A stretch of DNA of 59,567 nucleotides from an uncultured Piscirickettsiaceae bacterium (lineage in GTDB: Bacteria; Pseudomonadota; Gammaproteobacteria; GCF-002020875), in the NCBI GenBank assembly GCA_964344435.1, contig CAYFNH010000003.1, positions 1 through 59,567 on the forward strand. The letters are read 5' to 3'. The notes under the pieces were generated by a model. That model had not been told where the DNA came from and did not search any database. It was given only the letters and a program-made list of their open reading frames with translations. Shown piece after piece: positions 59,163-59,567 of the stretch (within the stretch, counting starts at the first letter, position 1; every line of letters starts with the position of its first letter). The translations under genes and the position numbers were made by a program.

Positions 59163-59567
59163 CTACAGCGGAGTACGCGCTACAAATGTTGTTGGAACCG
59201 GCAACTTGGCCGCGGCCAGCTTGAACGCCTCACGCGCCAGCTCCTCTGAGACCCCTTCGATCTCGTACAGCATCTTGCCTGGCTGAATCTGCGCTACCCA
59301 GTACTCGACATTACCCTTACCCTTACCCTGACGTACTTCCAGAGGTTTCTTGGTAATAGGCTTGTCCGGGAAGATGCGGATGGTCAACTTACCACCACGC
59401 TTTACCTGACGGGTAATGGTACGACGCGCCGCCTCGATCTGACGAGCGGTGATACGACCACGCCCCGTTGCCTTGAGGCCAAACTCGCCAAAGCTGACTG
59501 CATTACCATTCTGTGCAAGGCCACGGTTTCTACCCTTGTGCTGCTTGCGAAATTTTGTTCTTTTCGG
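59163..59567 (-). CDS. rplP: 50S ribosomal protein L16 (partial; about the first three codons are outside the window)
   Basis: [12 protein letters not shown]..., RMGKGKG-like RQGKGKG, AAAKLP. Confidence 0.97.
   Translation of the reverse strand, partial: PKRTKFRKQHKGRNRGLAQNGNAVSFGEFGLKATGRGRITARQIEAARRTITRQVKRGGKLTIRIFPDKPITKKPLEVRQGKGKGNVEYWVAQIQPGKMLYEIEGVSEELAREAFKLAAAKLPVPTTFVARTPL

Overview
Chromosomal window from a gammaproteobacterium. The assignment rests on the secY-rpmJ-rpsM order without infA/adk/map and the ssb-MFS-uvrA-rplQ synteny. The right half (about 28-59.6 kb) is mostly housekeeping: argD-argF-rof, moaEDC, a YbfB-type MFS gene that looks internally deleted, vapBC, a hybrid histidine kinase with a REC-GGDEF partner, thiC with a clear TPP riboswitch, pcm-metX-metW, asmA, ssb, uvrA, and the alpha/spc/S10-end ribosomal protein cluster. 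The left half (1-27.8 kb) is an accessory region dominated by cyclic-nucleotide signalling. An 18-kb minus-strand run encodes, in order: a signal-peptide-bearing TPR-CHAT (caspase-like) protease with an intact His/Cys dyad; an exported 336-aa protein with a FecR-like N-terminus; a CHASE2 adenylate cyclase; a T1SS HlyD adaptor; a coiled-coil protein built of 36-aa repeats that overlaps a CyaB-like GAF-GAF-PAS adenylate cyclase; an all-TPR protein; a PemK/MazF toxin-antitoxin pair between 12-bp direct repeats; and a giant FecR/cadherin-like adhesin that runs off the left edge. Next come a fused double-DUF1538 membrane protein with two PII-like proteins, bracketed by related MITE-like elements; an exported pentapeptide-repeat protein; an orphan PomAB-like stator with atypical residues; a standalone cNMP-binding protein; an oxoprolinase B subunit; and a metallo-beta-lactamase/cNMP-binding protein. 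The best candidate for an undescribed system is a periplasmic-protease-gated cAMP circuit linked to adhesin secretion and a non-flagellar stator. That link is inferred from gene neighbourhood and motifs, not demonstrated. No tRNA, rRNA, CRISPR array or transposase was seen. All family names come from motif recognition by eye, without database searches.
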